Shown here: in pieces, positions 34,669 to 46,922 of the stretch
Position numbering within the stretch: position 1 is the first letter of the stretch
Layout of the letters: each line of letters starts with the position of its first letter
Source of the DNA: an uncultured Alphaproteobacteria bacterium
Lineage (GTDB): Bacteria; Pseudomonadota; Alphaproteobacteria; Rhizobiales; Xanthobacteraceae
Assembly: GCA_963742375.1 (NCBI GenBank)
Contig: CAVULP010000003.1
Coordinates: 61,420 to 125,419 of the forward strand
Direction of reading: 5' to 3'
Length of the DNA stretch: 64,000 nucleotides
Translations under genes and position numbers: made by a program
The notes under the pieces: model-generated
Seen by the model: the letters and a program-made list of their open reading frames with translations, nothing else
Database searches by the model: none
What the model was told of the DNA's origin: nothing

Positions 34669-35295
34669 ATGAGGCGCAAAGCAGATCCATTTCGGACCCT
34701 GTATGACGCCAACCACCAGCGCATCAATCGCCTGCTTGCACGCATCGTCGGATCGCAAGAGGCGGAAGACTTGACGCAGGCGGTTTTTGCGAAAGCCGCG
34801 AATGCACTGCCGAAGTTTCGGGGCGACGCGCAAACGTCGACTTGGCTTTATCGGATTGCCACGAATGTGGCCTCGGATTGGCTGCGCGGGCGCCTGGCGC
34901 GCGAGGCGAAAGCGACCGAGCGGCTGCCCGACATGCTCGACGGCAGAGCGTGCGAGCGTGACGGCGTTCTCAGCAGCGATGCCTCGCCGGAGCGGGACCT
35001 GGCCGTCAAGGACATGGCCGGTTGCATCCGTGCCGAGATCGCACGGCTCGCGCAGAGCCATCGGGACGTTCTGATCCTCGGCGAACTCGGCGGTTTGAGC
35101 GACGATGAGGTCGCGCGGGCGCTTGGCATCACGCGCAACAATGCCAAAGTGAGGCTGCACCGGGCGCGTCAAGAGTTGAAGACGGCGATCCAGTCGCGCT
35201 GCGACTTTTACCGTATCGAGCTGTCCTGCGCGCCGAACTCGCCGGCCTGCTGTCCGCCCGAAGCGCCCGCGCACGACGTCAAACGCGAGCTCTGA
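34669..35295 (+). CDS. ECF sigma factor with Cys-rich C-terminal extension
   Basis: Sigma2 AEDLTQAVF...TWLYRIATN; sigma4 EVARALGI...KVRLHRAR; tail RCDFYRIELSCAPNSPACC. Confidence 0.9.
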   Translation: MRRKADPFRTLYDANHQRINRLLARIVGSQEAEDLTQAVFAKAANALPKFRGDAQTSTWLYRIATNVASDWLRGRLAREAKATERLPDMLDGRACERDGVLSSDASPERDLAVKDMAGCIRAEIARLAQSHRDVLILGELGGLSDDEVARALGITRNNAKVRLHRARQELKTAIQSRCDFYRIELSCAPNSPACCPPEAPAHDVKREL

Positions 35296-35312
35296 TCGGC
35301 CTCTCGGTCCCC

Positions 35313-35342
35313 TGTAACCTTTTTCGAGCGCGCTCCGTCTAA
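35313..35342 (+). promoter_or_regulatory. ECF-type promoter upstream of the VKOR gene
   Basis: TGTAAC-N17-CGTCTAA, the AAC/CGT signature of ECF promoters. Confidence 0.6.
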
Positions 35343-35391
35343 GGGGTTAATGCGGCCGCAGTCGGCTGCACAATTGGTCGGAGCACGTCGC

Positions 35392-35832
35392 ATGAAAAAA
35401 GTCTGTCACGGGCCATCCATCATGGCCGCCCTCGCACTGCTTGGACTGGCCGTCGCGTTCTATGATTCCTACGTCATCTATAACGGCCAGGCGTTGTGGT
35501 GTCCGCCTCCCGTCAATGGATGCAACGAAGTCGCCAATAGCCCATACGCGCGCATTTTCGAGTTGCCGGTGGGATATTACGGCGTCGTTTACTACCTCGC
35601 CATGTTCGGCTTGGCGGTGCTGAACGTCGTCGATCCGGCCTCGCGCGCGTTGCGCATGGCGGTGCTCGCAGGCGCGGCCGTGGGCGTGGGCTTTTCGGCT
35701 TATTTCATGATCCTGCAGATCAGTTTCATCCACGCTTTTTGCATTTACTGCCTGATCTCCGCGGTCACCACGGTTCTGCTTCTGTGTGTGGCGGCGGCTC
35801 ACGCGCGAATGACGTGGCGCCACGTCGAATGA
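35392..35832 (+). CDS. Vitamin K epoxide reductase (VKOR) family protein
   Basis: WCPPPVNGCNEVANSPY loop cysteines plus Ser, four TM segments, FCIYC; alternative start at 35350. Confidence 0.87.
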   Translation: MKKVCHGPSIMAALALLGLAVAFYDSYVIYNGQALWCPPPVNGCNEVANSPYARIFELPVGYYGVVYYLAMFGLAVLNVVDPASRALRMAVLAGAAVGVGFSAYFMILQISFIHAFCIYCLISAVTTVLLLCVAAAHARMTWRHVE

Positions 35833-35835
35833 GGC

Positions 35836-37088
35836 TCACTGCGGCCGCAGCAGCACGTGGCGCTTCTTGCCGAGCGAGAGCTTGATCACGCCTTCGGGCG
35901 TCAAGTTCTTTTCGCTGATCGTGTGGTCATTTGTGGTGACGCGCGCGTCGTTGACCGCAATAGCGCCGTTGCCAATGGCGCGATTGACCTCGCCATTCGA
36001 TTTCGCAAGGCCGGCGGCGACAAACGCGGTTTGTACTTTCATGCCGGCGGCCAGATCTTTGCGCGCGACAGTGACCGTCGGCAGGTTTTCGGCGTGCGCG
36101 CCTTCCTCGAAGGTCTTGCGCGCGGTTTCGGCCGCGCTATCTGCTGCGGCGCGGCCGTGCACCAGCGCGGTCGCCTCGGTGGCGAGCACCTTCTTGGCCT
36201 CGTTGACCTCCTGGCCCTGCAAGGCGGCAAGCCGCGCGATCTCGGCAAGCGGCAGCACGGTGAACAGCTTGAGGAAGCGCGCGACGTCGCCGTCCTCGGT
36301 GTTGCGCCAGTATTGCCAGTAGTCGTAGGGCTCACCAGGTCGGCATTGAGCCAGACCGCGCCGGCGGCGGTCTTGCCCATCTTGGCGCCGGAGGATGTGG
36401 TGATCAGCGGCGAGGTGAGCGCGAACAGCTGCGCATTCATCATGCGGCGGCCGAGATCGATGCCGTTGACGATGTTGCCCCACTGGTCGGAGCCGCCCAT
36501 CTGCAGGATGCATTTCTCGCGCTTGTACAGCTCGACGAAATCGTAGGCCTGCAACACCATGTAGTTGAATTCGAGGAACGAGAGCTCCTGCTGACGGTCG
36601 AGCCGCATCTTGACCGAGTCGAAGGACAGCATGCGGTTGACCGAGAAATGGCGGCCGACGTCGCGCAGGAAGTCGATATAATTGAGCGTGTTCAGCCAGT
36701 CGGCATTGTTGGCCATGACGGCGGTGCCGCCGTCGCTCTCGAATTTCAGGAATTTGGCGAAGACCGCGCGAATGCCGGTGAGATTGCGGTTGATGTCGTC
36801 GTCGGTGAGGATTTTGCGGCTCTCGTCCTTGCCGGACGGATCGCCCACCCGCGTGGTGCCGCCGCCCATCAGCGCGATCGGCCGATGTCCGGTCTGCTGC
36901 ATCCAGTAGAGCATCATGATCGGCAAGAGCGAGCCGACATGCAGCGAGGCCGCCGTGCAATCGAAGCCGATATAGCCGGCGATGACGCCGGATTTGGCGG
37001 CGGCGTCGAGCGCATCCGGTTCCGACACCTGGTGGATGAAGCCGCGCTCGGCCAAAGTGTTAAGGAATTCGGATTTATAGGCGCTCAT
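35836..37088 (-). CDS. tyrS: Tyrosine--tRNA ligase (frameshifted)
   Basis: [15 protein letters not shown] (HIGH-like), [16 protein letters not shown]4 domain ending LSLGKKRH. Confidence 0.95.
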
Positions 37089-37170
37089 GAACGGTCTCGG
37101 GCCGCGGCCTTGTCGGGTGCTTGTGGCGCGTGGTGTAACAGGTCCGGCAAATAAATGAAGGGGCGGTGAG

Positions 37171-38282
37171 TTGGGGGTTGTGCGGGCGATTGGGCTGATG
37201 AGCGGGACCTCGCTCGACGGCGTGGACGTGGCCCTGATCGAGACCGACGGCGACACGCGTCGCAGGCTTCGGCCCGACCGGCTACCGGCCCTATGCGGAG
37301 GGCGAGCGCGCGCTGCTGCGGGCGGCGCTGGTTGAGGGCGCCGGCCTGACCGACCGCACATCGCGGCCGGGCGTGCTGGCGCAAGCCGACGATTTCGTCA
37401 CGCGCGTGCACGCCGAGACGGTCGAGGCCTTTATTGCGACGGAGCGCATCGATCCGGCAACCGTCGCCATCGTCGGGTTCCACGGCCAGACCGTGCTGCA
37501 CATGCCGGCGGCCCGGCTGACGGTGCAGATCGGCGACGGCATGGCGCTTGCCCGCCGGCTGAACATCCCCGTGGCTTATGATTTCCGCTCCGCCGATATC
37601 GCCGCCGGCGGGCAGGGCGCGCCGCTGGTGCCGGTGTTCCATCAGGCGCTGGCGCGCGGCCTTGACCGGCCGCATCCGGTCGCGGTGCTCAATATCGGCG
37701 GCGTCGCCAATGTCACCTTCGTCGACGGCGGCGATCCGGTCGCCTGCGATACCGGACCGGGCAATGCGCTGATCGACGATTTCATGCGCGCGCGCATGGG
37801 CGCGCCGTACGACAATTACGGCGACGTGGCGGCGACCGGAAAACCCGACCAGGCCTTCATCGACGGCGTGCTGGCCGATGGATTTTTCGCGCTCAAGCCG
37901 CCGAAGTCGCTCGACCGCAACAGCTTCGCCTTCGCCAATATCGGGCTGCCGGATTACTCGGTGCCGGACGGGGCGGCCACGCTGTCGGCGCTCACGGTGC
38001 AGGCGGTCGGCCGCATCGTTGCATTTTTGCCGGCGGCGCCGAAGGCCTGGATCGTCGCCGGCGGCGGCGCGCGCAACCGCACTTTGATGAACATGCTGAA
38101 GCGAGCGGCTGGCGCCGGCGACGGTTGAGACCGCCGACGAGGTCGGCTGGTCGGCCGATGCGCTCGAAGCGCAGGCGTTTGCCTATCTGGCGGTGCGCAC
38201 GATCAACGCTCTGCCGCTGACTTTTCCGAGCACGACCGGCGTGCAACAGCCGATGCCGGGCGGGGTGATCGCTAAACCGTAA
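37171..38282 (+). CDS. anmK: Anhydro-N-acetylmuramic acid kinase (frameshifted)
   Basis: [45 protein letters not shown]. Confidence 0.92.
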
Positions 38283-38356
38283 TGCGCGCCGGCTGGCGCG
38301 CGGCAGCCAAAAAGATGCTACGAAAGCGTCAGGATATGGAATCGAACAGGGGTGAT

Positions 38357-38563
38357 ATGTCGAAACAAGCAATGCGCGAAGAGACCGAGCGCCTGATCAA
38401 GGAAGCCATGGAGCGCAAGGCCGTCACCGTGAAACAGGGCGCCACCCGCATCGAGACCAAATGTGGGAAATGCGGGGCGCCCAATCGCGTCTCGGCGCCG
38501 CCGGGACAGACCCGGGTGGAATTCACCTGCAAGGAATGCGGGGCTAAGCAAAGGACGTTGTGA
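38357..38563 (+). CDS. Small zinc-ribbon-like protein (68 aa)
   Basis: CGKC...CKEC pair after a charged N-terminal helix. Confidence 0.7.
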   Translation: MSKQAMREETERLIKEAMERKAVTVKQGATRIETKCGKCGAPNRVSAPPGQTRVEFTCKECGAKQRTL

Positions 38564-38581
38564 CGCGCGGCGGCCGGCGGC

Positions 38582-38980
38582 CTAGCGCCGCTTGCGCGCG
38601 GCGCGCGCCGGCGTCTTCAGGAACGCCGCGCAAAACGCGGCCTCGAATGCCCGATAGTCGTTGGTGATCTCCTCGCCCTTGCGGATGTTGCCGCGGGCGA
38701 TGACGTAGCCGTTCTTGTAATAGGTGTTGGGATTTTCCGAATGGTTCATGAACGTATCGTAGTCCATGGACAGCAGGATTTCGTTTTTCCACTGGTAGCC
38801 GTGCAGCTTGATGTAGTCCCGGGCCTGCTTGGGCAATTTGGCCAGCCGCTTGCGCGTGTAATAGCGGTCGAAGCCATAAACGAAGCGCCAGATTTTCTGG
38901 TCCTTGCGGATCGACTGGCCGGCAAAGACGCCGGTGCCGTGGATGCGGCTTTTACCGAGATAGGTTTTGACGAGCAGCAT
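38582..38980 (-). CDS. SET domain-containing protein
   Basis: SRIHGTGVFA, FMNHSENPN and GEEITNDY SET motifs. Confidence 0.88.
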   Translation of the reverse strand: MLLVKTYLGKSRIHGTGVFAGQSIRKDQKIWRFVYGFDRYYTRKRLAKLPKQARDYIKLHGYQWKNEILLSMDYDTFMNHSENPNTYYKNGYVIARGNIRKGEEITNDYRAFEAAFCAAFLKTPARAARKRR

Positions 38981-39021
38981 GAATCACCACCCGCCAAGCA
39001 TAGCTGTTGCTGAAAAATGGG

Positions 39022-39685
39022 CTAGGCCGCGCTCGGCTTGCGGTCGGTCTTCAGGCGCTTGTCGAGATAGACGCCGATCGAGGTGAGCAGCGGCTCGACC
39101 TTGCCGTCGAAGAAGTGGTTGGCGCCTTGCACCACCTTCTGCTCGATGACGATGCCCTTCTGCGTCTTGAGCTTGTCGACCAGGGTGGTGACGTCCTTGT
39201 GCGGCACCACCGCGTCCTTGTCGCCGTGAATGATCAGGCCGGACGAGGGGCAGGGCGCCAGGAACGAGAAGTCGTAGAGATTGGCGGGCGGGCAGATCGA
39301 GATGAAGCCTTCGATCTCCGGCCGGCGCATCAAGCAGCTGCATGCCGATCCAGGCGCCGAAGGAGAAGCCGGCGATCCAGCAGCTCTTCGCCTCCGGATT
39401 GATGGTCTGCGCCCAGTCGAGGGCGGCCGCGGCATCGGACAATTCGCCCTGGCCGTGGTCGAAGGCGCCCTGGCTGCGGCCGACGCCGCGGAAATTGAAG
39501 CGCAGCGCCGAGAAGCCGCGGTGCACGAAGGCGTAGTAGAGCTGGTAGATGATCTGGTGGTTCATCGTCCCGCCGAATTGCGGGTGCGGGTGCAGGACAA
39601 TCGCGATCGGGGCGTTCTTTTGCCGCGCCGGGTGATAGCGGCCTTCGATGCGTCCGGCCGGACCGGTGAAGATGACCTCGGGCAT
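39022..39685 (-). CDS. Alpha/beta hydrolase (frameshifted)
   Basis: MPEVIFTGPAGRIEG, HPHPQFGGTM, GFSFGA, GANHFF; usual divergent neighbour of suf. Confidence 0.9.
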
Positions 39686-39722
39686 TGCTCAGACCTCGAT
39701 ACAGGCCCCCGCCGGGGCCTTC

Positions 39723-39739
39723 TTTAGAACAATTCTAAA
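39723..39739. promoter_or_regulatory. Iron control element (Irr box)
   Basis: TTTAGAA-CAA-TTCTAAA, a perfect ICE consensus, between the hydrolase and the iscS-suf operon. Confidence 0.85.
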
Positions 39740-39882
39740 TATAGTGTTTTCCGCTGTGCAGCGCCGCAACACGCGCTATAAGCTTGGCCAACGCGCGTCG
39801 GCTTCTAACACGACCCCCAGGGCAAAAAGCAAGCATTTTGCGGGGGCTGACACGCAACGGTAGCACGTTACCAAAGGTCGCG

Positions 39883-41051
39883 ATGGGCGAGCGCATCTAC
39901 TTCGACTGGAACGCCACCGCCCCCCTGCGTGAGGAGGCGCGTGAGGCGTTTTTGCGCGCGCTGGACGCCACGGGAAACGCCTCCTCGGTGCATGCGGAAG
40001 GGCGCGCGGCGCGCCAACTGGTCGAGAATGCGCGCGCGCAGGTCGCCCAACTCGTTGGCGCGGAAGCCAAAAACGTGACCTTCACCAGCGGCGCCACCGA
40101 AGCCAATATGCTGGCGCTGACGCCGGCGCTTGCCACGGCAGCCGAAAAACGCCCGCGCGATCGATTGTTTGTCTCGGCGATCGAGCACCCTTCGGTGCTG
40201 TGCGGCGGACGCTTCGCGCCTGAAAACATTGCGCTTTTGCCGGTCACCGGCGACGGTGTGGTCGACGTTCATGCTCTGCGAAGCACCATTGCTCGGAGCG
40301 AGCGGCCGCTTGTTTCGGTGATGCTCGCCAATAACGAGACCGGTGTTATTCAGCCGGTGCGCGAGATCGCCGACATCGTGCACGCCGCCAATGGACTGCT
40401 GCATGTCGACGCGGTGCAGGCGCCCGGCCGCATCGATTGCACCATCGGCTCCTCGGCGCCGACCTCATGAGCTTGTCGTCGCACAAGCTCGGCGGCCCGC
40501 AGGGCGCCGGCGCGCTCATCCGCCAAAATACCGGATTTGGCGACATCCACATCGCCGAGCCGCTCATGAAGGGCGGCGGGCAGGAGCGGTCTTTGCGCGC
40601 CGGAACCGAGAACGTCGCGGCCATTGCCGGCTTTGGCGCCGCCGCCGTCGCTGCCGCGGCTGCCGCGGATGCCGCGCACATGGCGAAGTTGCGCGATCGG
40701 CTCGAAGCCGGCCTCAAGGCGGCGACGCCGCAGGCCGTGATTTTCGGCGCGGACGCTGCGCGCCTGCCCAACACCACGCTGTTCGCGGTTCCCGGGATAA
40801 AGGCGGAGACCGCGATAATCGCCTTCGATCTCAACGGCATAGCGGTTTCGTCCGGGGCCGCCTGCTCGTCCGGCAAGGTGACGGCTTCGCATGTGCTCGC
40901 CGCCATGGGCGTTGAGCCTGCGCTCGCGCGCGGCGCGCTGCGCGTCAGCCTTGGGCGGAGCAGCACGCAAGACGAGGTTGAACGGGTCCTTGAAACTTGG
41001 ATTATGCTTGCGGGATCACTACTTAAGGAGCGACGCGGGATCGCCGCTTAA
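39883..41051 (+). CDS. Cysteine desulfurase, IscS/NifS-like (frameshifted)
   Basis: YFDWNATAP, GNASSVH, HVDAVQ, SSHKLGGP, SSGAACSSG. Confidence 0.9.
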
Positions 41052-41169
41052 GGGCGGCGAAGCGCACATCGTCAACCGTCGAAACAGGGATGAGCTCAGC
41101 GAATAGCGCTCAGCCACCATAACCGACAAATCCAACCCGCGGTCCTTGCAACCGTGAGCGGAGGGAAGA

Positions 41170-42662
<1,493 letters not shown>

Positions 42663-42676
42663 TTGGGAATAGTGCA

Positions 42677-43436
42677 ATGGCATTTCTGGAAATCAAGAAT
42701 CTGCACGTCGAGATCGAGGGCAAGAAAATCCTCAACGGTCTCAACCTGACCGTCGAGAAGGGCCAGGTCGCCGCCATCATGGGGCCGAACGGCTCCGGCA
42801 AGTCGACGCTCGCCTATGTGCTGGCCGGCAAGGCCGAACTACAAGGTCACCGAGGGCGACGTTCTGCTCGACGGCGAGAGCATCCTGGAGATGGCGCCGG
42901 ACGAGCGCGCGGCCAAGGGCGTGTTCCTTGCGTTTCAGTATCCGATCGAGGTGCCGGGCGTCGCCACCATGACGTTCCTGCGCACCGCGCTCAACGCGCA
43001 GCGCAAGACGCGCGGCGAGGCGGAAGTGTCCACGCCCGAATTCATGAAGATCGTGCGCGATACCGCGCGCGACCTCGGCATCAGCCAGGAGATGCTGCGG
43101 CGCGCGGTCAATGTCGGCTTCTCCGGCGGCGAAAAGAAGCGCAACGAAATTTTGCAGATGGCGGTGCTGCAGCCGCGGCTCGCCGTGCTCGACGAGACCG
43201 ATTCCGGCCTCGACATCGACGCGCTCAAGATCGTGGCCGACGGCGTCAACCGGCTGCGCTCGCCCGAGCGCTCGATGATCGTCATCACCCATTATCAGCG
43301 GCTGCTCGACTTCATCGTGCCCGACGTGGTGCACGTGTTGGCCAAGGGGCGCGTGGTGAAGTCGGGCGGCAAGGAGCTGGCGCTCGAGCTCGAGGCCAAC
43401 GGCTACGCGCAATTCCAGGACGAAGAGGCGGCCTGA
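42677..43436 (+). CDS. sufC: Fe-S cluster assembly ATPase SufC (frameshifted)
   Basis: [34 protein letters not shown]. Confidence 0.95.
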
Positions 43437-44741
43437 TGAACGCCGAACTCCGCGCCATCAAGACCCCGGCCGAGCAGGCGCTGAGCGCTGCCTATGAGGC
43501 CGCGCGCGGCAAGCTGCCCGGGCTGCGCCGCCTTGCGCGCCGACGCCTTCGAGCAGTTCGAGGCGGCCGGGCTGCCGAACCGCCGGGTCGAGGAGTGGAA
43601 ATATACCGACCTGCGCGCGCTGATGCGCGAGGCCTATCCGCTTGCGCCGCCGCCCGATGCGGCGGCAAAACAACGCGCCAAGGGCGCGGGCGATATTCTC
43701 GCCGGCACCGATTGCCGCCGCCTGGTCTTTGTCGATGGCGCCTTCGCGCCCGACCTGTCCGATCTCGCGCCCGAGCCCGGCCTGACCATCGGCTCGCTGG
43801 CCGAAGCGCTCGCGAAAGGCGACGCGCTGGTCACGACGCATGTCGGCAAGACTTTCGCGACCGACGACGCCGCGGTCGCGCTCAACACCGCGTTGATGGG
43901 CGATGGCGCGGTGATCCGGTCGCCAAGGACGCCAAGATCAAGCGGCCGATCCATCTCGTGTTCGCTACCGGCAGCGGCAAACCAAGCTCGCTGTTCATCC
44001 GTTCGCTCATCGTGGTGGAAGAGGGCGCCAAGGTGACGATCATCGAGGATCACGACAGCGGCGAGGCGCAGGTCAACGCCGCGCTCGAGCTGGTCGTGGG
44101 CGATGCGGCGCAAGTCGATTATCTCAAGATCACGCGCGCCCGCGCCTTGCATGTCGCGAGCCTGCTCGCTTGCGTCGGCGCCAAGGCGCAATTCAACACC
44201 TTCGCCTTCACCAGCGACGTCGCCGTTGCGCGCAATCAGAATTTCATCCGCTTTGCCGGCGCGGGCACCAAGGCCGGCATCGGCGGCGTCACCCTGTTGC
44301 GCGGCAAGCAGCACGCCGACACCACGCTGCTGATCGAGCATGCCGCCGGGCATTGCGAGAGCCGCGAGCAGTTCAAGACGGTGCTCGACGACGAGGCGCA
44401 TGGCGTGTTCCAGGGCAAGATCGTGGTCAAGCCGCACGCGCAAAAGACCGACGCCAAGATGATGACGCGCGCGCTGCTGCTGTCCGACGAGCGCCGAGGC
44501 CGACAACAAGCCGGAACTGGAAATCTTCGCCGACGACGTGGTCTGCGGCCATGGCGCAACCACGTCGGCGCCCAGCGAGGCGCTCAAGTTCTATTTGATG
44601 TCGCGCGGCATTCCGGAGAAGGACGCCGAGGCGCTGCTGATCCAGGCGTTTATCGACGAGACCATCGAGGAGATCGCGCATGAGGGCATCCGCGACGCGC
44701 TGAAGTTTGCGGCGCTGCGCTGGCTGGGGGCACGGGAGTGA
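43436..44741 (+). CDS. sufD: Fe-S cluster assembly protein SufD (frameshifted)
   Basis: [41 protein letters not shown]. Confidence 0.92.
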
Positions 44742-44743
44742 CC

Positions 44744-45985
44744 ATGCATCCGGCGGTTTCCAACGGCTCCTACGACGTCGCCCGCATCCGCGCGGATTTT
44801 CCCGCGCTGTCGATGCAGGTCTACGGCAAGCCGCTGGTCTATCTCGACAACGCCGCCTCCGCGCAGAAGCCGAAAGCCGTGCTCGATCGCGTGCAGAAGG
44901 CCTATACCGAGCAATACGCCAACGTGCATCGCGGGCTGCATTATCTGGCGAACGAGGCGACCGAAGCCTACGAGGGCGCGCGCGAGAGCGTGCAGCGCTT
45001 CCTCAATGCCGGCCGCAAGGAAGAGATCATCTTCACGCGCAACGCCACCGAGGCGATCAACCTGGTCGCCTATACCTTCGGGCGCGAGCACATCAAGGCG
45101 GGCGACGAGATCGTGCTCTCGATCATGGAGCACCATTCCAACATCGTGCCCTGGCATTTCCTGCGCGAGCGCCAAGGCGCGGTGATCAAATGGGCGCCGG
45201 TCGACGACGACGGCAATTTTTTGATCGACGAGTTCGAAAAGCTGCTCGGACCGCGCACCAAGATGGTGGCCATCACCCAGATGTCGAACGCGCTCGGCAC
45301 CGTGGTGCCGGTCAAGGAGGTCGTCAAGCTCGCGCATGACCGCGGCATTCCGGTGCTGATCGACGGCGCGCAAGGCGCCGTGCATCTCGATGTCGACGTG
45401 CGCGACATCGATTGCGATTTCTACGTCTTCACCGGCCACAAGCTCTACGGCCCGACCGGGATCGGCGTGCTGTACGGCAAATATGAGCATTTGGCGGTCA
45501 TGCCGCCGTTCAATGGCGGCGGCGAGATGATCCAGGACGTGTCCCAGGACCGCGTCACCTATGGCGAGCCGCCCTACCGCTTCGAGGCCGGCACGCCGGC
45601 GATCGTGCAGGCGATCGGCCTGGGCGCGGCCATCGATTACGTCAATTCCATCGGCAAGGACCGCATCCGCGCGCATGAAGGCGAGCTGGTGAAATACGCC
45701 CATGAGCGGCTGGGCGCGATCAATTCGCTGCGCATCATCGGCAATGCGAAGAACAAGGGGCCGATGGTGTCGTTCGAGATGAAGGGCGCCCATCCGCACG
45801 ACGTCGCCACCGTGATCGACCGCCAGGGCGTGGCGGTGCGCGCCGGCACCCATTGCGTGATGCCGCTGCTCGCGCGCTACGGCCTGACCGCGACGTGCCG
45901 GGCCTCATTCGCCCTCTATAACACCAAGGACGAGGTGGACGCGCTCGCGGCCTCCCTCGTCAAGGCGCAGGACATGTTCGCATGA
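44744..45985 (+). CDS. sufS: Cysteine desulfurase SufS
   Basis: YLDNAASAQKP, NVHRG, TGHKLYGP, RAGTHC. Confidence 0.95.
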   Translation: MHPAVSNGSYDVARIRADFPALSMQVYGKPLVYLDNAASAQKPKAVLDRVQKAYTEQYANVHRGLHYLANEATEAYEGARESVQRFLNAGRKEEIIFTRNATEAINLVAYTFGREHIKAGDEIVLSIMEHHSNIVPWHFLRERQGAVIKWAPVDDDGNFLIDEFEKLLGPRTKMVAITQMSNALGTVVPVKEVVKLAHDRGIPVLIDGAQGAVHLDVDVRDIDCDFYVFTGHKLYGPTGIGVLYGKYEHLAVMPPFNGGGEMIQDVSQDRVTYGEPPYRFEAGTPAIVQAIGLGAAIDYVNSIGKDRIRAHEGELVKYAHERLGAINSLRIIGNAKNKGPMVSFEMKGAHPHDVATVIDRQGVAVRAGTHCVMPLLARYGLTATCRASFALYNTKDEVDALAASLVKAQDMFA

Positions 45986-46420
45986 GCAACGACACGCCAG
46001 ACACCGCCAATCCACCGGCCGCCGACACGCCGCAAGCCGGCCCAAGAACGGCCCCAAGACCGGCCCAATGAGACCGCCGCCGTCACCGGCTCCTCTGCGC
46101 TGCCGCAAGACGAGCTTGCCAAGCTGACCGACGACATCGTCGCGGCGCTCAAGACCGTCTACGACCCGGAAATCCCGGCCGACATCTACGAGATCGGGCT
46201 GATCTACAAGATCGACATCGGCGACGACCGCGGCGTCAAGATCGACATGTCGCTGACCTCGCCCAATTGCCCGTCGGCGCAGGAACTGCCGATCATGGTC
46301 GAGAACGCGGTGGCGAGCGTGGCGGGCGTGCGCGAGGCCAAGGTCGAGGTGGTGTGGGATCCGCCCTGGGACCCCAGCCGCATGTCGGACGAAGCCCGTC
46401 TCGTGCTGAATATGTGGTAA
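45982..46420 (+). CDS. sufT: SUF system Fe-S assembly protein (DUF59/SufT; frameshift in the N-terminal linker)
   Basis: Manual translation ALKTVYDPEIPADIYEIGLIY...MSLTSPNCPSA...VWDPPWDPSRMSDEA; absent from the ORF track. Confidence 0.88.
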
Positions 46421-46463
46421 TGTTTGCGTGCGACACTTAGATAAGGAATCGACGAGGACCATC

Positions 46464-46835
46464 ATGGCGACTGCCCGACCCCGACCCCAGGTGATGCGGC
46501 TGACCGAGGCCGCCGCCCATCGCATCAAGGATGTGATGGCGCGGGCGGTGACGCCCGTGGCCGGCGTGCGCGTCGGCGTCAAGAACGGCGGCTGCGCCGG
46601 CATGGAATACACCATGGAATACGCCGAGGCCGCCAACCCGACCGACGAGGTGGTGGAGGACAAGGGCGTCAAGATCATGGTCGATCCCAAGGCCGTGCTG
46701 TTCCTGCTCGGCACCGAGATGGACTACAAGACCGAGAAGCTCTCCGCGCAGTTCGTCTTCAACAATCCGAACCAGACCTCGGCCTGCGGCTGCGGCGAGA
46801 GCGTGCAGTTGACGCCGGCGAAGGACGCGGCGTAG
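46464..46835 (+). CDS. sufA: Fe-S cluster assembly accessory protein SufA/IscA
   Basis: GGCAGMEY; NPNQTSACGCGES. Confidence 0.93.
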   Translation: MATARPRPQVMRLTEAAAHRIKDVMARAVTPVAGVRVGVKNGGCAGMEYTMEYAEAANPTDEVVEDKGVKIMVDPKAVLFLLGTEMDYKTEKLSAQFVFNNPNQTSACGCGESVQLTPAKDAA

Positions 46836-46841
46836 ACAGTT

Positions 46842-46914
46842 CCGCTCATTCCCGCGCAAGCGGGAATCGCGAGGCATGATTTGTCTGGGTCCCTGCTTGC
46901 GCGGGGACGAGCGG
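46842..46914. repeat. REP-like palindromic element between convergent genes
   Basis: CCGCTCATTCCCGCGCAAGCGGGAATC ... GGTCCCTGCTTGCGCGGGGACGAGCGG inverted pair. Confidence 0.75.
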
Positions 46915-46922
46915 GGTGAGTT

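Noticed and set aside
41052-41169. Possible structured leader before sufB (CGCGGT...ACCGTG)
   Set aside because: The short hairpin alone is insufficient without comparative evidence
42677-44683. Apparent SufC-SufD fusion
   Set aside because: Mosaic of frames from indels; a normal sufC stop/sufD start overlap (TGATG) is present at 43434-43438
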